From the human T2T-CHM13v2.0 reference genome, Homo sapiens, in assembly GCF_009914755.1 (NCBI RefSeq), contig NC_060933.1: a stretch of DNA of 64,000 bases, one strand, 5' to 3'. The notes under the pieces were generated by a model. It saw only the letters and a program-made list of their open reading frames with translations. It did no database searches and was not told the origin of the DNA. Positions 53,600-64,000 of this stretch are shown here, piece by piece. The translations under genes and the position numbers were made by a program. Each line of letters starts with the position of its first letter. The first letter of the stretch is position 1.

Positions 53600-53800
53600 G
53601 ACCTCAGTCCTGAGTCTCAGTTTCCACAACTGCACAGTGGGCACCTCCCGACCCTGGGAAGGTATGATGGTCAGTCCTACTGGTGGTGCTGCCAAAGCTG
53701 CCCTTTGCACAGTGCTCACTGCTGACTTTATGAAACTCCTGGGAGGAGACGATGTGAGTGGGGAAACTGTTTTCCTCAATGGGAAACTGAGGCACAGAGG
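53600..53800. mobile_element. MIR fragments
   Basis: ctgagtctcagtttcc and gggaaactgaggcacagag core motifs; similar cores near 19520, 25670, 39835, 42545, 46870. Confidence 0.65.
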
Positions 53801-54458
53801 GCATGGTACCTGGCCAGCGTCACCTATGGGGTGTGGCACAGGCTGGGTGCCCTGTGCTCTTCAGGACATGGTGGGGCAGGACCTGTGAGGCCCGCAGTGC
53901 AGTGTGGAGACCAGAGCAGACAGTTCCCACAACACGATGGGGCTGCATGGAGGGAGTTTGTTTGCGTTCTCATTAGCGTTTATGGGGCTCTTGGCTCGGT
54001 GCTGGGATCTTGGGGAGATGGAGAGGCAGCAGATGGCCTCAGGCTCAGAGAAACTGTGGGTATGGGGGGCACAGCTTGGGTAAGTTGCCAAGTGACCAGG
54101 TCCTGGGAGCGCTTTGCGGGTCAGGCTTGCTGGCTCCTAGGTGGGGACGTTGCTGGCTGACACGGGGACCATCGGGAGACGGGCTGGGCAGGTGAAGGGC
54201 AGTCCGGTGCCTGGACCACTGTGAGCTGGCTTGGCGGAGACGAGGCCAGGGCTGTGTTCAATGGAGGCTTTATTATCACTCAGGTGTAGGAAGGATCAGA
54301 CCACTGCCATTGACAAGATGGTTTGTCATCCTCAGTTTCCAAGAGAAAGGGGCATGTCACACCACACCGTGAGGCCACAGGGAAGCCCAGGGTCAGTCAG
54401 AAGGCAGAGGGTTCGAGGGGGAACTGTGGGCCTGAGACGGTAATGTGGTTTCTGCGGG

Positions 54459-59200
<4,742 letters not shown>

Positions 59201-59304
59201 TTTTCTTTTTAAAAAGAATGTATTCATTCATTTTTTTTTTTTTGGAGACAGAGTCTTGCTCTGTCACCCAGGCTAGAGTGCAACGGCAAGATCACTGTTC
59301 ATGC

Positions 59305-63812
<4,508 letters not shown>

Positions 63813-64000
63813 AGGCTGTGTGCAGTGGCTCACGCCTGTAATGCCAGCACTTTGGGAGGCTGAGGTGGGCAGATCATGAGGTCAGGAGATCGAGACCATC
63901 CTGGCTAACACGGTAAAACCCCATCTCTACTAAAAATACAAAAAAATAGCTAAGTGTGGTGGTGGGTGCCTGTAATCCCAGCTACTTTGGAGGCTGAGGC
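63813..64000 (+). mobile_element. Alu (cut by the window end)
   Basis: Left arm and start of right arm. Confidence 0.93.

Overview
Primate (human-like) genomic DNA covering the 5' end of FGD3 (FYVE, RhoGEF and PH domain-containing 3, a Cdc42 GEF) on the + strand, plus about 24 kb of repeat-rich upstream sequence. Visible parts of the gene are a CpG-rich first exon (donor after 24407), a second candidate first exon with haematopoietic-type promoter motifs (donor after 41036), a 168-nt 5'UTR exon (51908-52075) and the first coding exon (52878-53379, ATG 52927, 151 codons, with the DSGIDS beta-TrCP degron). The rest is mostly transposon-derived: about 40 Alus, old L1s, MIR/L2, MER1B, solo LTRs with intact target-site duplications (TSDs), an ERVL gag relic and an antisense ERV1 internal region with decayed gag zinc knuckles and protease. 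The most interesting signal is that the 'non-coding' exon 2 reads like a frameshifted fossil of the proline-rich/actin-binding N-terminal exon of FGD1/FGD4. Spliced to exon 1b it gives a 103-aa upstream ORF that is one base out of frame with FGD3. Exons 2-3 are also flanked by inverted Alus, and a back-spliced circle would carry a 290-codon ORF. Repeat family names and paralog comparisons come from recall and need confirmation; repeat boundaries are approximate. No tRNA, rRNA or CRISPR array was seen.
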